From Parcubacteria group bacterium (GTDB lineage: Bacteria > Patescibacteriota > Minisyncoccia > Phycocordibacterales > DATDWN01): DNA of 14,635 nucleotides. The number at the start of each line of letters is the position of its first letter. The first letter of the stretch is position 1. Below are positions 12,774-14,635 of this stretch, in pieces. The position numbers and the translations under genes are program-made. The notes beneath the pieces are model-generated. The model made no database searches, was not told the DNA's origin, and saw only the letters and a program-made list of their open reading frames with translations. The stretch covers positions 1 to 14,635 of the forward strand of contig JBEBJP010000019.1 of the NCBI GenBank assembly GCA_040079825.1, read 5' to 3'.

Positions 12774-13199
12774 ATGGCAACAATAAACCCCTATATTAAC
12801 TTCAATGGAAATGCCGAAGAAGCATTTACGTTTTATAAATCTGTTTTCGGTGGAGAGTTTACAGATATAACTCGCTTCAAAGACCTAGCGAGTGATGAGT
12901 TTCCCGTGCCAGAAAATGAAGCAGATAAAATAATGCGGATCGCTTTACCTATTGGTAACAATGTACTTTTAGCAAACGACATCCCTGAAAGCATGGGACG
13001 AGTAAACGAAAACGAAAATAGATCCAAGATTGCAATTACCACACAAAACAAAGAAGAAGCAGACAATGTTTTCAATAAACTTTCAGTTGGTGGAACAGTT
13101 GAAATGCCGATGTCAGAAAGTCCTTGGGGCACTTACTTTGCAATGTTTAGAGACAAGTACGGTATTGAGTGGACTATTGAATTTGATTCAAAAAAATAG
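12774..13199 (+). CDS. VOC/glyoxalase-fold protein (PhnB-like)
   Basis: INPYINFNGNAEEAFTFYKSVFGGE, the central IMRIALPIGNNVLLAND and the C-terminal PWGTYFAMFRDKYGIEWTI are typical of the PhnB-like VOC family. Confidence 0.8.
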   Translation: MATINPYINFNGNAEEAFTFYKSVFGGEFTDITRFKDLASDEFPVPENEADKIMRIALPIGNNVLLANDIPESMGRVNENENRSKIAITTQNKEEADNVFNKLSVGGTVEMPMSESPWGTYFAMFRDKYGIEWTIEFDSKK

Positions 13200-13266
13200 T
13201 CGCAGGTTATCCTTCTTTCAAACTTGTGAATTCGAATTTTTTCATTTCTTCTTGTATAATTAAGTC

Positions 13267-13719
13267 ATGAATTTAAAACAATACTCTGTTCTTCTATCTA
13301 GAGTTTCATTATTTATAATTTATTTTTGGTTTGGTATTTTAAAAGTTATAGGATTATCCCCTGCTAGTGGAATAGTGCAAGAACTTTTTAGTAAGACACT
13401 TGCTCACATGCCAATAGTTTCAAGCATGCCATCCGCAAACTTTTTGGTTTTGTTTGGAGTGTTTGAGGTTATTATCGGAATACTATTTATTATTCCTGAA
13501 AAAGAAAGATGGGCTTCATATGCTTTTATTGCGCACATCATAACAACAGGACTTCCCCTATTTTTCCTAGGAAGTTCCGTTTGGTCAGGAATTTTCGTAC
13601 CCACCTTAGAAGGACAGTACATCATCAAAAACCTTGCACTTATATCATGTGTTCTAAATATATGGACAAACACCTCTATGACTCAAAAACAGATTATCAG
13701 CACTAACCCTGTAATATAA
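13267..13719 (+). CDS. Four-TM membrane protein, possibly DUF417/DoxX-like
   Basis: It has four hydrophobic segments. The TLEGQYIIKNLALIS motif resembles DUF417-type proteins as I recall them. The family assignment is tentative. Confidence 0.55.
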   Translation: MNLKQYSVLLSRVSLFIIYFWFGILKVIGLSPASGIVQELFSKTLAHMPIVSSMPSANFLVLFGVFEVIIGILFIIPEKERWASYAFIAHIITTGLPLFFLGSSVWSGIFVPTLEGQYIIKNLALISCVLNIWTNTSMTQKQIISTNPVI

Positions 13720-13721
13720 AA

Positions 13722-14177
13722 ATGGAAAAAATATCTTGGCAAACACACGAATACCACCACACAGAAAAAACTTCTGATTGGTATTGGATTGTCGGTATAG
13801 TAACAGTATCTATCGCAATAATAGCTATTATTTTAAATAATATAATATTTGCTCTTCTTATTATTGTTTCCTCTATTACTTTGTCACTTTTTGCCTCAAA
13901 GAAACCTGAAATAATAGATGTGAATATTGATAACTCTGGAATAACGATAAATAAAACCAGATACCCATATAGTCATCTCGACTCTTTCTGGGTAGAACTG
14001 ACTCATTTTAGACCAAGAATAATCTTGAAGTCTAAAAAACTACTTATGCCTTACATTGTTATTTTTATAGAAGAAGTTGAACCTGAAGAGATCAGATCTG
14101 TCCTATCTAGCAAACTTGAAGAAGTTGAGCATCACGAACCTTTTTTGGAAAAACTATTGATATATTTGGGATTCTAG
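13722..14177 (+). CDS. Hypothetical two-TM membrane protein
   Basis: The ORF is tightly coupled to the previous gene. The N-terminal WYWIVGIVTVSIAIIAIILNNIIFALLIIVSSITLSLF forms a TM hairpin. Confidence 0.5.
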   Translation: MEKISWQTHEYHHTEKTSDWYWIVGIVTVSIAIIAIILNNIIFALLIIVSSITLSLFASKKPEIIDVNIDNSGITINKTRYPYSHLDSFWVELTHFRPRIILKSKKLLMPYIVIFIEEVEPEEIRSVLSSKLEEVEHHEPFLEKLLIYLGF

Positions 14178-14231
14178 AGAGAATTGTAACTTATGGAAAT
14201 TAGATAATTTTTGTGCTAGTTTTAGTTCTCT

Positions 14232-14303
14232 GCTCTTGTAGTTTAACGGATAGAATGCTGGCCTGCGAAGCTGGCGATCCAGGTTCGACTCCTGGCGAGA
14301 GCA
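14232..14303 (+). tRNA. tRNA-Arg (anticodon GCG)
   Basis: Acceptor GCTCTTG pairs with CGAGAGC. D arm is GTTT-AACGGATA-GAAT, which is wobble-rich. Anticodon arm is CTGGC-CTGCGAA-GCTGG. T arm is CCAGG-TTCGACT-CCTGG. Confidence 0.85.
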
Positions 14304-14347
14304 CAAGACGAAAAAATCTGGACTTCTCCAGATTTTTTCGTCTTGTG
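14302..14347. terminator. Long intrinsic terminator after tRNA-Arg(GCG)
   Basis: CACAAGACGAAAAAATCTGGA-CTTC-TCCAGATTTTTTCGTCTTGTG is a perfect 21-bp stem. It has the same design as the terminator at 7231-7274. Confidence 0.8.
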
Positions 14348-14462
14348 CTGGACGGAGATATGTTTTTTCATCAGAAAAAACAATCGAGTCAGGGTCGTGG
14401 AAATTTCGTTTTGACGAAAACAAAATTATCCCTGACCACACAAACCCCTGACCACAAAATAC

Positions 14463-14487
14463 AAAAAGCGCCCATCGGGCGCTTTTT
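14463..14487 (-). terminator. Intrinsic terminator of rpsT
   Basis: AAAAAGCGCCC-ATC-GGGCGCTTTTT lies 1 nt from the rpsT stop codon (14489-14491). Confidence 0.8.
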
Positions 14488-14488
14488 G

Positions 14489-14635
14489 TTACTTTGCTTT
14501 AGTTATCATTGCTGATATTCTGGATTTCTTTCTAGAAGCAGCATTCTTTTTTATAAGACCAGTCTTGACTGACTTATCAAGAATTTTTTGTACTTGAGGC
14601 ATAAACGCCACAGCTTCTTTTATTTTCTTTTCAGC
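14489..14635 (-). CDS. rpsT: 30S ribosomal protein S20 (bS20), C-terminal 48 codons. The N-terminus lies outside the window.
   Basis: Hand translation of the minus strand gives AEKKIKEAVAFMPQVQKILDKSVKTGLIKKNAASRKKSRISAMITKAK*. The LDK...G.I.KN.A.RKKSR pattern is the bS20 C-terminus. Confidence 0.85.
   Translation of the reverse strand, partial: AEKKIKEAVAFMPQVQKILDKSVKTGLIKKNAASRKKSRISAMITKAK

Noticed and set aside
11735-13706. Short antisense or overlapping ORFs (11735-11935, 12515-12706, 12532-12744, 12833-13132, 13030-13263, 13404-13673, 13509-13706)
   Set aside because: Most overlap better-supported genes on the other strand or frame. The two at 12515-12744 lie in the intergenic gap and contain the terminator hairpin. 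None has a recognisable motif.
14154-14515. ORFs 14154-14441 (minus) and 14213-14515 (plus)
   Set aside because: Both run straight through tRNA-Arg(GCG) and its terminator hairpin.
1-14635. CRISPR arrays, rRNA genes, classical IS transposases, alternative genetic code
   Set aside because: - No regularly spaced direct repeats were seen.
- No rRNA-like conserved blocks were seen.
- No DDE or HUH transposase motifs were seen.
- All conserved genes translate cleanly with the standard bacterial code, and no in-frame TGA is needed.

Overview
AT-rich bacterial window. Ordinary genes have about 14 of 60 G+C in the lines I counted. Genes are compact and mostly on the minus strand. The gene content suggests a Patescibacteria/CPR-like genome, but that is inference only: a DUF5652-like mini membrane protein, PilM/N/O-like genes without a secretin, and many small proteins.

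Core genes:
- rplS
- an RluA-family pseudouridine synthase
- uppS
- a pilM/pilN/pilO-like operon
- a CsaA/Trbp111-like tRNA-binding protein
- ruvX
- an rpsT fragment at the right edge
- five tRNAs: Leu-GAG, Val-TAC, Arg-TCT, Ser-TGA, Arg-GCG
- several clean intrinsic terminators

The left 5 kb is accessory. It holds an edge-truncated membrane protein, an XRE/C-protein-like regulator with palindromic operators, an 89-aa unknown and a MazF/PemK-like toxin with no obvious antitoxin. Next come a roughly 540-nt GC-rich, hairpin-dense, apparently non-coding block and an intact large serine recombinase. After those are tRNA-Leu and a LAGLIDADG homing-endonuclease gene broken by one in-frame TAA.

The most unusual signal is a perfect 147-bp inverted repeat (2358-2504 and 4077-4223) that brackets only the recombinase gene and its promoter. 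The right copy contains the recombinase's own 3' coding end and stops at the 3' end of tRNA-Leu. This 1,866-bp unit could be a minimal recombinase-only mobile element or a self-inverting cassette.

A second, decayed recombinase C-terminal fragment abuts tRNA-Ser in the same convergent geometry. It marks 10.9-14.2 kb as a possible old island carrying a methyltransferase, a VOC protein and membrane proteins.

No CRISPR array, rRNA or classical IS transposase was seen.
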